64,000 nt of DNA, taken from assembly GCA_965246995.1 (NCBI GenBank), contig OZ252008.1, forward strand, positions 883,986-947,985, read 5' to 3'. Position 1 is the first letter of the stretch. The number at the start of each line of letters is the position of its first letter. Below are positions 44,761-53,655 of this stretch, piece by piece. Both the position numbers and the translations under genes were made by a program. Origin of the DNA: Vicinamibacterales bacterium (GTDB taxonomy: Bacteria > Acidobacteriota > Vicinamibacteria > Vicinamibacterales > UBA8438). The notes beneath the pieces were generated by a model, which did not search any database, had not been told where the DNA came from, and saw nothing but the letters and a program-made list of their open reading frames with translations.

Positions 44761-45258
44761 TCAGCGGGCCTGGGCGCTCGATTCCACCACCGCCTTGACG
44801 GCGTCGAAGATGCTGCGCGCCAACTCCTGCGAGATTCGCTCGCGGATTGCGCCGCACGGCACGACAACCGTGTCCGAATCCGTCTCGATCGCGACATCCC
44901 ACCGGTCGCGGCTGATTCCGTCCGGCCGGTCCTCGACCACCTCGGCCGGGATAGCGTTCACGTCGGAGTGATGGGGGGCTACGGCAGCGGCGATCGGTGC
45001 GCCGTTAATCAGGACGCGCGCCGCGCGGATGGTCCGTTTTGGGATCTCGCGGTCACCGAAGTGGAATGCATCCGTGTCCTCGGTGAAGAGCGTCAGTCCC
45101 TCCTCGCTCGGGATCTCGGCGAGGACCGTCCGCCCGCCCGCCTCCAGGGTCGCGCGTTCCCTCCAGCGCCGCCGCCGATCCCTTGTGAGCGATGTCGCCA
45201 GGCGCAGCGCCACCAGCAGCAGCATGATGGCGACCAGGGCCGCCACGACGTCTCGCAT
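44761..45258 (-). CDS. Hypothetical single-TM protein
   Basis: Start chosen at ATG 45258 (MRDVVAALVAIMLLLVALRLA is a TM helix). Non-repetitive C-terminal domain. I recognise no family. The upstream extension of the track ORF would overlap the thiI start. Confidence 0.4.
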   Translation of the reverse strand: MRDVVAALVAIMLLLVALRLATSLTRDRRRRWRERATLEAGGRTVLAEIPSEEGLTLFTEDTDAFHFGDREIPKRTIRAARVLINGAPIAAAVAPHHSDVNAIPAEVVEDRPDGISRDRWDVAIETDSDTVVVPCGAIRERISQELARSIFDAVKAVVESSAQAR

Positions 45259-45334
45259 CCGGGGTATCGTAACGGGAACCTTGGTGAGCGTGTGCCTCCG
45301 GCCAGGCACTCCGCCGCCGTCCCCCGGAGTCGCC

Positions 45335-46588
45335 ATGGATTCGGTCATAGTCCACTACCAGGAAATCGCGCTCAAGGGACGCAACCGTCCCTGGTTCATC
45401 GACCGGCTCGTGAGCAATCTGCGTGCGGCGACGGCGGACCTCGACGTGATGCGGGTCCGCGCGCTAATGGGGCGGATCGAAGTGACGCTCGGTCCGTCGG
45501 CTGACTGGCCCGAACTGCGGAAGCGGCTGTCCAACGTCTTCGGGATCGCCAACTTCGCCCGTGCCGGAACGTCCGGACCGGACGTCGACGACATCGCGGC
45601 CGCCATCGTTCAGCAGCTCGAAACGGGTGCGGAGGGGACCGGCGCCGACCCCAGCTTCCGGGTCCGGGCGAGCCGCGCGGACAAGACCTACCCGCTCACG
45701 TCACCCGAAATAGAACGGGAGGTGGGGGGGCGAATCAAGCAGGCGCTCGACTGGCGCGTAGACCTCGAGCAACCTGACGTTGCGATCCGCGTCGAAGTCC
45801 TGCCCGGCAAGGTCTTCCACACCGTCGGGAAGGAACCTGGACCGGGGGGACTGCCGACCGGCACGAGCGGTTCGGTGGTCTGTCTTCTCTCCGGCGGAAT
45901 CGACTCGCCGGTCGCCGCGTACCGCTTGATGAAACGCGGTTGCCGGGTTCGGTTCGTGCACTTCCACGCCTATCCGATCCTGTCGCGCGCCTCGCTGGAC
46001 AAGGCGCGGGAGTTGGTGGACCTGCTGACACGGCAGCAGTTGCAGTCGCGGCTGTACGCGGTGCCGTTCGGCGAGATTCAGCAGCAGATAGTTCTGTCGG
46101 CCCCCCCGGCGCTCCGCGTCGTCCTGTACCGGAGGCTGATGATGCGGATCGCGGAGCGGCTCGCGCACGGCTGCAAGGCCAAGGCGCTCGTGACCGGCGA
46201 GTCCGTAGGGCAGGTGGCATCGCAGACGATCGAGAATATGGCGGTGATCAACGATGTCGTCCGCATGCCGGTGCTCCGCCCGCTTGTCGGATCGGACAAG
46301 GAAGAGATCGTCAACGAGGCGCGCCGACTCGAGACGTACCCAATTTCGATTATCCCGGATCAGGACTGCTGCACCCTCTTCGTGCCTCGCCACCCGGCGA
46401 CCCGCGCTTCGCGGCACGAGGTGGAGCGGGCAGAGCAGGATCTGCCGATCGACGCAATGGTGGAGCAGGCGGTCGCGAGTGCGGAGCGGACGGACATCGC
46501 ATTTCCGGTGCGCGGCGGCGCGCCGGTATCGACGACGGCTCCCGCGGGAGCAACCCCGGGCCGCGCGGATGCGCCGCGCGACCTATAA
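45335..46588 (+). CDS. thiI: tRNA 4-thiouridine(8) synthase
   Basis: N-terminal ferredoxin-like and THUMP region (IVHYQEIALKGRNRPWF) and the PP-loop SGGIDSPVAAY. Start at ATG 45335. Confidence 0.9.
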   Translation: MDSVIVHYQEIALKGRNRPWFIDRLVSNLRAATADLDVMRVRALMGRIEVTLGPSADWPELRKRLSNVFGIANFARAGTSGPDVDDIAAAIVQQLETGAEGTGADPSFRVRASRADKTYPLTSPEIEREVGGRIKQALDWRVDLEQPDVAIRVEVLPGKVFHTVGKEPGPGGLPTGTSGSVVCLLSGGIDSPVAAYRLMKRGCRVRFVHFHAYPILSRASLDKARELVDLLTRQQLQSRLYAVPFGEIQQQIVLSAPPALRVVLYRRLMMRIAERLAHGCKAKALVTGESVGQVASQTIENMAVINDVVRMPVLRPLVGSDKEEIVNEARRLETYPISIIPDQDCCTLFVPRHPATRASRHEVERAEQDLPIDAMVEQAVASAERTDIAFPVRGGAPVSTTAPAGATPGRADAPRDL

Positions 46589-46597
46589 TTCACTACC

Positions 46598-47116
46598 GTG
46601 TCGATCCTGAAAGTGGCGCGGATGGGGCATCCCGTGCTCCGCCAACGCACGTCGCCGCTCGACCCCGCCGAGGTAGGATCGGCCGCGATCCAGCGGCTGA
46701 TCGACGATATGTTCGAGACGATGCACGAGTACGCCGGCATCGGCCTGGCTGCGCCGCAGGTGCACCGCGATATCCGGCTGTTTGTCGCCGGTGTGGACGA
46801 TCCGGATCAGGGCCTGCCTCCGGTCGTGATGATCAATCCGGAGCTCGAACCGATCGGGACCGGCACCGAAGAGGACTGGGAGGGCTGTCTCAGCATCCCG
46901 GACATTCGCGGCCGGGTTCCCCGCGCAGCGGAGATCCGTGTGCAGGGGCTCGACCGGCACGGCAAGGAGCAACGGTTCACTGCGAGTGGTTTCGCGGCGC
47001 GGGTGATTCAGCACGAGACCGACCATCTTGACGGGGTGCTCTTCGTCGACCGGATGCAATCGTTGGACAGCCTCACCTTCCTGTCGGAGTACGAGCGCTT
47101 CACGGCGCGCGACTAG
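46598..47116 (+). CDS. def: Peptide deformylase
   Basis: All three motifs are present: GIGLAAPQV, EGCLSIP and HETDHLDG. Confidence 0.9.
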   Translation: MSILKVARMGHPVLRQRTSPLDPAEVGSAAIQRLIDDMFETMHEYAGIGLAAPQVHRDIRLFVAGVDDPDQGLPPVVMINPELEPIGTGTEEDWEGCLSIPDIRGRVPRAAEIRVQGLDRHGKEQRFTASGFAARVIQHETDHLDGVLFVDRMQSLDSLTFLSEYERFTARD

Positions 47117-47123
47117 CCGGGGC

Positions 47124-48794
47124 TTACTGGTCGCGGCTACCCGCGCGCTTCCGCTCACTCGCGCGCTCGGCATCGAGCCGCTCGAGTTCCACTGCGGAAT
47201 GATCGGCGAACCTCATTGCTTCGGCGATGGCGCGATGTCCGGCGCGCTCGGCGATCAACCGGTGCATCTGCTGGCAGACCCGCCGATACGCCGGGTGGCC
47301 TTGCGGCGCCGTCCGCAGTTCGATGACATGCATTGCCTCGCGTGCGTTCATCCGCATGTAGAAGCGGATCCGGAACGCCATGGCAATGGCGTATTGCGCC
47401 ACGAGCGGCGACGAGTAGTCCCGCGCGAGGCGATCGGCCAGACTGGCCGAATCACCCATCACGCGTTCCCAGTCGCCCCGCGCCCCGGCACTGTCTATCG
47501 CCTCCGGCCGCGTGCAACCGTGCCGTGCCGTCAGCGCCTGCCAGTCGAGGGTGAGCAGGCGATGGCGCTGGAGGTCGCGGAACGCGCCGTAGTCCGACAG
47601 GATGTCGAACGTGTACTCGGTGTGCTCGAACGCCCGTCCGGGACGGTGACGCCGATTGGTCCGCTCGCCCGTGTAGGTCCGAAGCACGCGAACCCGTTCC
47701 TCCACCGTCATGGCACGGGCGCGGGCGAGTAGCTGCGGGTACGGCAGGTGCGAGGCGGCATAAAGGGCCGCCGCAACGACCTTCACCTCACCCTCCGGAT
47801 CGAACTCGGTCAGTGTCACTTCGTCCGCAGCGGTATCGAGGCTGGCGACCGCATCGTCCGGCCCGGTCATGGATGCCGCCAGCGCCGCGGTTGCGGCTCG
47901 CCGCTCTCGGAGGTAGTTGCTCCACCGAAGGCCCCGATCGGCACGATCGACCCGCTGGAGGAACGCCGGGATCACCTTCCGGAGTTCCTCCAGCATCAGG
48001 GCCCCGACTTCGCGGCTTTCGGCGAGCGGGTGTGCCTGCATCCGGAGCAGCAGGGCCTCCCACGCCTGGCCGGAACCGTAGATGCCGACGTTCGACCGGG
48101 TCGCGGCCGGTAGCAGGCCGCGCAGCGTGTCGAGCGCTTTCGCCCGGATCACCGCACGGTACACGCCGTCCGAAACGCCTTCCGCCTGAGGGTGCCGCTC
48201 GCGGAAGAGTCGCCGCATCGGCTCTATCCACCGGGCGTACGTTTCGAACGCGCGGTCGAGCACTGCCGCGTAGGCGGCCCGCGCCGTGCCTTCCTCCAGC
48301 TCGCCCGGGATGACGTACTTCCAGCGCCCGCCGGGACGGTCGGTATAGGGAACATAGCGCGTCGATTGTTCGAGATACGACATCAGCCGGCCGCGCTCGA
48401 GCACTTTCGTCAGAACGTTCGACACGCCTTCGCAGGCGAGGTGCGCACCGCCGAGCTGGGCCACCGAGTCGTCGCCGTACTGATCGAAGACTCGTCGGTA
48501 CAGGGATTCGGCCCGCTTCGATCCGGGTCCCTCGCCGGTGGCGGCGTCGACGTCGGCGGCCGCGTCGAGGAATTCGTCGAGGAAGAGGCGGCGGACCGAT
48601 TTTGCGGAACGGGAATAGCGGGCGAACAGCGCTCCCTTCACCACCTCCGGCAGGTTGGTCAGGACGAAGACCGGACTGTCGGTGTTACCGACGTAGGGCG
48701 CAAGGGCAGCGGCCTCGTCGGCCGTGAACGCTTCGGGAGCGGCAACCGTAGATTGCACGCGATATAATACGCCCGGCTCCCGTGACCCCCGCAT
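47124..48794 (-). CDS. thyX: FAD-dependent thymidylate synthase, long (about 550 aa) form
   Basis: ThyX-type motifs (ARYSRSAKS, FRDLQRHRLL). The length is comparable to known double-length ThyX proteins. The track start overlaps the divergent thioesterase start by 13 nt, so the true start may be GTG 48758. Confidence 0.75.
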   Translation of the reverse strand: MRGSREPGVLYRVQSTVAAPEAFTADEAAALAPYVGNTDSPVFVLTNLPEVVKGALFARYSRSAKSVRRLFLDEFLDAAADVDAATGEGPGSKRAESLYRRVFDQYGDDSVAQLGGAHLACEGVSNVLTKVLERGRLMSYLEQSTRYVPYTDRPGGRWKYVIPGELEEGTARAAYAAVLDRAFETYARWIEPMRRLFRERHPQAEGVSDGVYRAVIRAKALDTLRGLLPAATRSNVGIYGSGQAWEALLLRMQAHPLAESREVGALMLEELRKVIPAFLQRVDRADRGLRWSNYLRERRAATAALAASMTGPDDAVASLDTAADEVTLTEFDPEGEVKVVAAALYAASHLPYPQLLARARAMTVEERVRVLRTYTGERTNRRHRPGRAFEHTEYTFDILSDYGAFRDLQRHRLLTLDWQALTARHGCTRPEAIDSAGARGDWERVMGDSASLADRLARDYSSPLVAQYAIAMAFRIRFYMRMNAREAMHVIELRTAPQGHPAYRRVCQQMHRLIAERAGHRAIAEAMRFADHSAVELERLDAERASERKRAGSRDQ

Positions 48795-49210
48795 ATTCCC
48801 ACCGGATCGAAGTTCGCTTCCGTGACTGCGACCCGTACCGGCACGTCAACAACGCCGTCTATTTCACGTACTTCGAGCAGGCGCGCCTGGTGATGGGGGA
48901 AACGCTTGGCTTGCGCCGCGCGCTCGAGGAGACGGGGCTGAACCTGATCCTGGCCCACGCGTCGTGTGACTACAAGGTGCAGGTGGTCTTCGGCGATCAG
49001 TTGGAAGTGCGCGTTGGCGTCGCCCGGATCGGCGGCGCCAGTTTCACGCTCGAGATGGAGGCGCGGCGCGCGCGCGACGATGCCCTGGTCGCTACCAGCG
49101 AGTCGGTGCAGGTGGTCTTCGACTATGCGGCCAACCGCCCGGTCCGGGTGCCCGACACCCTCCGTGAGAAGCTTGAAGCCCTCATGAGCGGTTCTCCGGT
49201 CGTCTCGTGA
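48782..49210 (+). CDS. 4HBT/YbgC-type acyl-CoA thioesterase
   Basis: Hot-dog fold signature VRFRDCDPYRHVNNAVYFTYFEQAR. GTG start. Confidence 0.8.
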   Translation: MTPAYSHRIEVRFRDCDPYRHVNNAVYFTYFEQARLVMGETLGLRRALEETGLNLILAHASCDYKVQVVFGDQLEVRVGVARIGGASFTLEMEARRARDDALVATSESVQVVFDYAANRPVRVPDTLREKLEALMSGSPVVS

Positions 49211-49225
49211 CGTGAGCGGCAGCTG

Positions 49226-50104
49226 ATGGCAAACCCCAAGGGCTACGCCAATCCCGGACTGCTGATCACGCCGGACGCGTTGGCGGGGCAGTTGGGGGTG
49301 GCGGCGGGGTCTGCGGCGCGTCGCCCGCCTGCCGACCGGGCGCGGATTCCGGTCGTGATCGATCTGCGGCCAGCGGAGGCATTCGCCGCGGGGCATATCC
49401 CCGGGGCGTCGCATCTCGACCTGTTCGGCATCAGCCTGGTCGACACCGACCCGGCCCCGCTCACCGCGTTCCTCTGGATCATCAACCACCTGCTGGCGTC
49501 GCGTGGCGTCGACGCGACGCGGCCGATCGTGGTGTGTGACGAGCAGTCCGGCATCCGCGCCGCGCGCGCCTTCTGGTTTCTCGAGTTCTTCGGCCACCCG
49601 AATGCGCGGCTGCTCGACGGGGGTGTCGGCGCGTGGGAGCGCGACGGCTACTTCACCACAACAGAAGCGATACCGCCCAGGCCGACCAGGTGGGAGATCG
49701 GTCGCGACGACACGCGGCTGGCGACATGGCGCGATGTCGAGGCGCGGTTGGGTCAGGCTGACGCCGCAATCCTGGACACTCGCACGGACGGCGAGTATTG
49801 CGGCACGACGGTCCGCGCCAAGCGAGGCGGCGCGATCCCGGGCGCGATCCACGTCGAATGGACGCGCAACCTGGACGAGAACGGCGCCTTCCGTCCCGCG
49901 GACGACCTGCGGGCGATGTACGAAGCCGCCGGTGTGACACCCGACCGGGAGGTAGTTACCTACTGCCAGGGGGGATATCGCGCGGCCCACGGTTATCTCG
50001 CGCTCCGGCTGATCGGCTATCCGCGCGTCCGGAACTACCTCGGCTCGTGGAAGGAATGGGGCGACCGGGAGCACCTGCCGGTCGAAGTGCCTGCTGCAGG
50101 GTAG
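49226..50104 (+). CDS. Tandem-rhodanese sulfurtransferase (thiosulfate/3-mercaptopyruvate type)
   Basis: Two rhodanese domains with the active-site loop CQGGYRAAHG in the second. Confidence 0.85.
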   Translation: MANPKGYANPGLLITPDALAGQLGVAAGSAARRPPADRARIPVVIDLRPAEAFAAGHIPGASHLDLFGISLVDTDPAPLTAFLWIINHLLASRGVDATRPIVVCDEQSGIRAARAFWFLEFFGHPNARLLDGGVGAWERDGYFTTTEAIPPRPTRWEIGRDDTRLATWRDVEARLGQADAAILDTRTDGEYCGTTVRAKRGGAIPGAIHVEWTRNLDENGAFRPADDLRAMYEAAGVTPDREVVTYCQGGYRAAHGYLALRLIGYPRVRNYLGSWKEWGDREHLPVEVPAAG

Positions 50105-50137
50105 CTCGTCTGTCCACCCGATGAGGGCTGGTCAGCT

Positions 50138-50494
50138 TTGGGTGAATACAACCCCGATCGAATAGCTCCGGATCAAAGCGTACCCAAGAACCGTTCGGGG
50201 ATGCCGGCCGGACTATTTGCGGCGCTGGTGGTCGCACTTCTGGCACTTCTCGGCATTGGTGCTCGCTACTACGTCTCCGGCGATCTCCATGTCCTCCATT
50301 GTCTGTTAAGTCTGTTTTTCTCGGTCAATCTGCTGATTTGCTATTGGGAGGCGTGTCTGTTCCTCCGGCGGGACCATATCGAGAAGCGCACCATCTATTG
50401 GCGCGAATGGCGACGTGAAACAGGCCGGACACCGGTCGGGCGCGTTATTGGGATTGTACGTCTCTGTTCGCCTGATTCTGGCCGGCGACTATAG
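50138..50494 (+). CDS. Hypothetical membrane protein, possibly truncated
   Basis: TTG start with two predicted TM helices (LFAALVVALLALLGIGARYYV, LLSLFFSVNLLICYWEACLFL). It lies in a visibly lower-GC patch. I recognise no family. Confidence 0.3.
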   Translation: MGEYNPDRIAPDQSVPKNRSGMPAGLFAALVVALLALLGIGARYYVSGDLHVLHCLLSLFFSVNLLICYWEACLFLRRDHIEKRTIYWREWRRETGRTPVGRVIGIVRLCSPDSGRRL

Positions 50495-50530
50495 CGTCCT
50501 GGGTTATTGATCACCGGGCTCCCCCGTGGA

Positions 50531-51271
50531 ATGACTTCGCTCTTCTTCGAGCTGTTCAGCGGGTTGCCCCGCCAGGGACCGGGAGAGACTGCGAGCACGC
50601 TTCGGGCCCTCGCCCTCGTTCCTGGTGTCGGGCCGCGGACCCGCGTGCTCGACATCGGCTGTGGCACCGGCGCCCAGACACGGGTGCTGGCGCAAGGCTC
50701 GGCGGCGCGCATCGTGGCCATCGACAATCATCCGCCGTTCGTCGACCTCCTGAACCGGGAAGCGTTGCGCCTCGGGGTTGCGGACCGGCTGGAGGCCAGG
50801 GTCGCGGACATGGGGCGACTCGACTTCGCGGACAGCTCCTTCGACCTGATCTGGTGCGAAGGAGCCATTTACAACCTCGGCTTCGAGGCGGGGTTCCACG
50901 ACTGGCGGCGTCTGCTCGTGGGTGGCGGGCACGTCGCAGTAACGGAAGTGTGCTGGCGGCAACCGAACCCGCCCCACGCATGCGAGGCGTTCTGGAACCA
51001 GGAGTATCCGGACATCCGCCACATGTCGTCTCTCCTGGACGCCATCTACGAATGCGGCTACGAAACGGTGGGCCACTTTCCGCTGCCCGCGTCGGCATGG
51101 TGGGACGACTACTACCGCCCCCTCCAGGAAAACGTCACCGCGTTTTGCAAGCGTTACCGCGACGCGCCGGACGCGCAGAAACTGGCGGATCAGTGCCAGC
51201 GCGAGATAGACGTCTGGCATGCCTATTCGGAGTTTTACGGCTACGAGTTCTTCGTGCTCCGCGCCCGTTGA
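50531..51271 (+). CDS. Class I SAM-dependent methyltransferase
   Basis: Motif I VLDIGCGTGAQTRVLA, with motifs II and III downstream. Start taken at ATG 50531; the track begins at TTG 50507. Confidence 0.8.
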   Translation: MTSLFFELFSGLPRQGPGETASTLRALALVPGVGPRTRVLDIGCGTGAQTRVLAQGSAARIVAIDNHPPFVDLLNREALRLGVADRLEARVADMGRLDFADSSFDLIWCEGAIYNLGFEAGFHDWRRLLVGGGHVAVTEVCWRQPNPPHACEAFWNQEYPDIRHMSSLLDAIYECGYETVGHFPLPASAWWDDYYRPLQENVTAFCKRYRDAPDAQKLADQCQREIDVWHAYSEFYGYEFFVLRAR

Positions 51272-51504
51272 TCACATCGCGGCGCGGCCAAGCGCGCGAG
51301 AGCGACCACGCAGAAGGTCCTGATCGGGCTCCTGCGAGGCTACCGCGGCGGCGTCCGACGAGCATTTCGTGACGGCCCGGCTCGACCTCGGGATGAACGA
51401 ACGGCACGCTGCGGGCTTCTGCGCGACTGTCTGCGGTCGTCCATTGGCTATGATTAGGCGTGCTTCGCCTATCGGCGACGGGTTGGTACCAGGAGAATGG
51501 AATC

Positions 51505-52410
51505 ATGAACAGACGCAAGTTTCTCGCAACGTCGGGCATGACGGTGATGGCGGCGGCGCTCAGGGAGATGCCGCTCGCCGGATGGCAGGAGCTCACCACC
51601 TCGTTCGAGGACCTGCGACGAGGCGTAGGCATCTTCAACGGCCAGGGCGGCACGATCGGATGGCTCGTCAACGCGGACGGGATTCTGATCATCGACAGCC
51701 AGAACGCCGCCGCAGCGACCGCGTGCGTCGACGGGATCCGGGAGCGGTCGTCGAATGCGATCGACATCCTGATCAACACGCACCACCACGGCGACCACGT
51801 CGGCGGCAACCAGACGTTTCGCCCGGTGGTCGGCTCGATCGTCGCCCACGAGAACAGCGCGGCGTGGCAGCGGCGCACGGCCGAAGAGGCGGGCAACCAA
51901 GACTCGCAGGCTTACCCCGACGAGACGTTCACCGACGAATGGCGGACGACGATCGGGGACGAGACGGTCGTGGCGCGGTATCACGGCGCCGGTCATACGA
52001 GCGGCGACTGTGTGGTGACCTTCGAGCAGGCCAACGTCGTGCACATGGGCGACCTGATGTTCAATCGCCTGCACCCGTTCGTCGACCGAGCCTCCGGTGC
52101 GCGAATCTCAAGCTGGATCGAGGGACTGGAGCAGGTGTCGGCCGCACACTCGGCGGACACGATCTACATCTTCGGGCACGGCACCCCGGGTGCAGGCGTG
52201 ACGGGCGACCAGGGCGACCTCACGCATCTGCGCGACTACTTCACGGCGGCGCTGGAGTTGACGCGTCGCGAAATGCAGGCCGGCCGGTCGAGGGAAGAAA
52301 TCACCGGCACCGAGGCGCTCCCCGGGTTCGAAGACCACTTGTCGCCGTTTGCGCTGCTCAGCCTGAGCGGCGTGCTCGGCGTGGCATACGACGAGCTCAG
52401 CGAGGGGTAG
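51505..52410 (+). CDS. MBL-fold metallo-hydrolase with Tat signal
   Basis: MNRRKFLATSGMTVMAAAL (twin-Arg) and the HHHGDH metal motif. AGGAGA SD upstream of ATG 51505. Confidence 0.8.
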   Translation: MNRRKFLATSGMTVMAAALREMPLAGWQELTTSFEDLRRGVGIFNGQGGTIGWLVNADGILIIDSQNAAAATACVDGIRERSSNAIDILINTHHHGDHVGGNQTFRPVVGSIVAHENSAAWQRRTAEEAGNQDSQAYPDETFTDEWRTTIGDETVVARYHGAGHTSGDCVVTFEQANVVHMGDLMFNRLHPFVDRASGARISSWIEGLEQVSAAHSADTIYIFGHGTPGAGVTGDQGDLTHLRDYFTAALELTRREMQAGRSREEITGTEALPGFEDHLSPFALLSLSGVLGVAYDELSEG

Positions 52411-52487
52411 GAACGGGACCTCAACAGGGCGGTTACCGGTCGCTCTTCTCGCTGCCGCCCGAGTCGCACTACCTCAACTGCGCGTTC

Positions 52488-53585
52488 ATGGCGCCGGCCT
52501 CGAAGCGCGTCGCCGCCGCCGGACGCCGGGCGCTCGAGCGCGTCGAGGTGCCGGCCAGGCTCGGAATCGCCGATTTCTTCGAGCCGAGCGCACGCGTCCG
52601 CCGGCTCTTCGCACAGATCATCGGCGCGCCCGACCCGGACCGCGTCGCGATCATTCCGTCCGTTTCCTATGCAATGGCGACGATTGCGAGCAACACGCCG
52701 CTCGCGCCCGGACAGGCGGTGGTAGTCGTCGAGGAACAGTTCCCGAGCGTGGTCTACACCTGGCGGCGCGCCTGCCGCGAGGCGGGCGCCACGCTGCGCA
52801 CCGTCGCCGCGCCGGAGACCGCCGGCTCGCGCGCCGAGGCGTGGAACGCCGCCCTGCTCGACGCGATCGACGAGCGGACGGCGGTGGTTGCCATTCCGGA
52901 GCTGCACTGGACCGACGGGCTGCGGTTCGATCTCGACGCCGTCGGCGCACGGGCACGCACCGTGGGCGCCCGGTTCGTCATTGACGGCACGCAGTCGGTC
53001 GGAGCGCTGCCGTTCGACGTCGGACGCACCCGGCCGGACGCGGTGGCCTGCGCCGGTTACAAGTGGCTGACCGGACCGTACTCCGTCGGCGTGGCCTGGT
53101 ACGGTCCCGTGTTCGATGGCGGAACGCCGATCGAGGAGAACTGGATCACGCGCGCCGGCAGCGACCGCTTCAACGAGCTTGTCAACTACCGCGACGACTA
53201 TCGGCCGGGCGCCACCCGCTACGACGTCGGCGAACGGTCTAACTTCATCCTGCTGCCGATGTTCGAAGCCGCGCTGGATCAGGTGCGCGAATGGGGGCCG
53301 GAGACGGTTGCGGAGCACACGCGCGGCCTGACCCGCGCGGCAGTGCCGCGGCTCCGCGAACTGGGCTGCAGGATCGAGGAAGATCGCTGGCGCGCCGGAC
53401 ACCTGCTGGGCGTGCGCCTGCCGGCCGGCGTCGACGTCGAGCAGCTTGGCCGCAGCTTCGCCGCACGGAAGGTGTCGGTGTCGCTCCGCGGCGGCGCCGT
53501 ACGCGTCGCGCCGCATCTGTACAACGACGCCGGCGACTTCGACGTGCTCACCGACGTCCTCGCGGGCGCCGTTTTGACGTCCTGA
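52488..53585 (+). CDS. Class V aminotransferase-fold PLP enzyme (cysteine desulfurase/epimerase-like)
   Basis: Family-like text includes SVSYAMATIA and CAGYKWLTGPYSVGVAW. Homology-like sequence (YRSLFSLPPESHYLNCAF) already starts at about 52434. No ATG, GTG or TTG lies in frame between the MBL stop and ATG 52488, so the 5' end is unresolved. Confidence 0.7.
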   Translation: MAPASKRVAAAGRRALERVEVPARLGIADFFEPSARVRRLFAQIIGAPDPDRVAIIPSVSYAMATIASNTPLAPGQAVVVVEEQFPSVVYTWRRACREAGATLRTVAAPETAGSRAEAWNAALLDAIDERTAVVAIPELHWTDGLRFDLDAVGARARTVGARFVIDGTQSVGALPFDVGRTRPDAVACAGYKWLTGPYSVGVAWYGPVFDGGTPIEENWITRAGSDRFNELVNYRDDYRPGATRYDVGERSNFILLPMFEAALDQVREWGPETVAEHTRGLTRAAVPRLRELGCRIEEDRWRAGHLLGVRLPAGVDVEQLGRSFAARKVSVSLRGGAVRVAPHLYNDAGDFDVLTDVLAGAVLTS

Positions 53586-53655
53586 AATGACTGTGCCATG
53601 CTCCCGCCGACTGGCCGGACGGCGATCGCGTCGGTGAGGAGGTGCGTCAACTGCC

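Noticed and set aside
43610-44902. 430-aa minus-strand ORF
   Set aside because: It is antisense to the SDR gene 43730..44737. It has no motifs and a biased composition.
47124-48794. Double-length ThyX as a possible novelty
   Set aside because: ThyX proteins of about 530 aa are already known, for example in Chlamydia, so the length alone is not new.
48659-50074. 471-aa minus-strand ORF
   Set aside because: It is antisense to the thioesterase and rhodanese genes, which carry clear active-site motifs.
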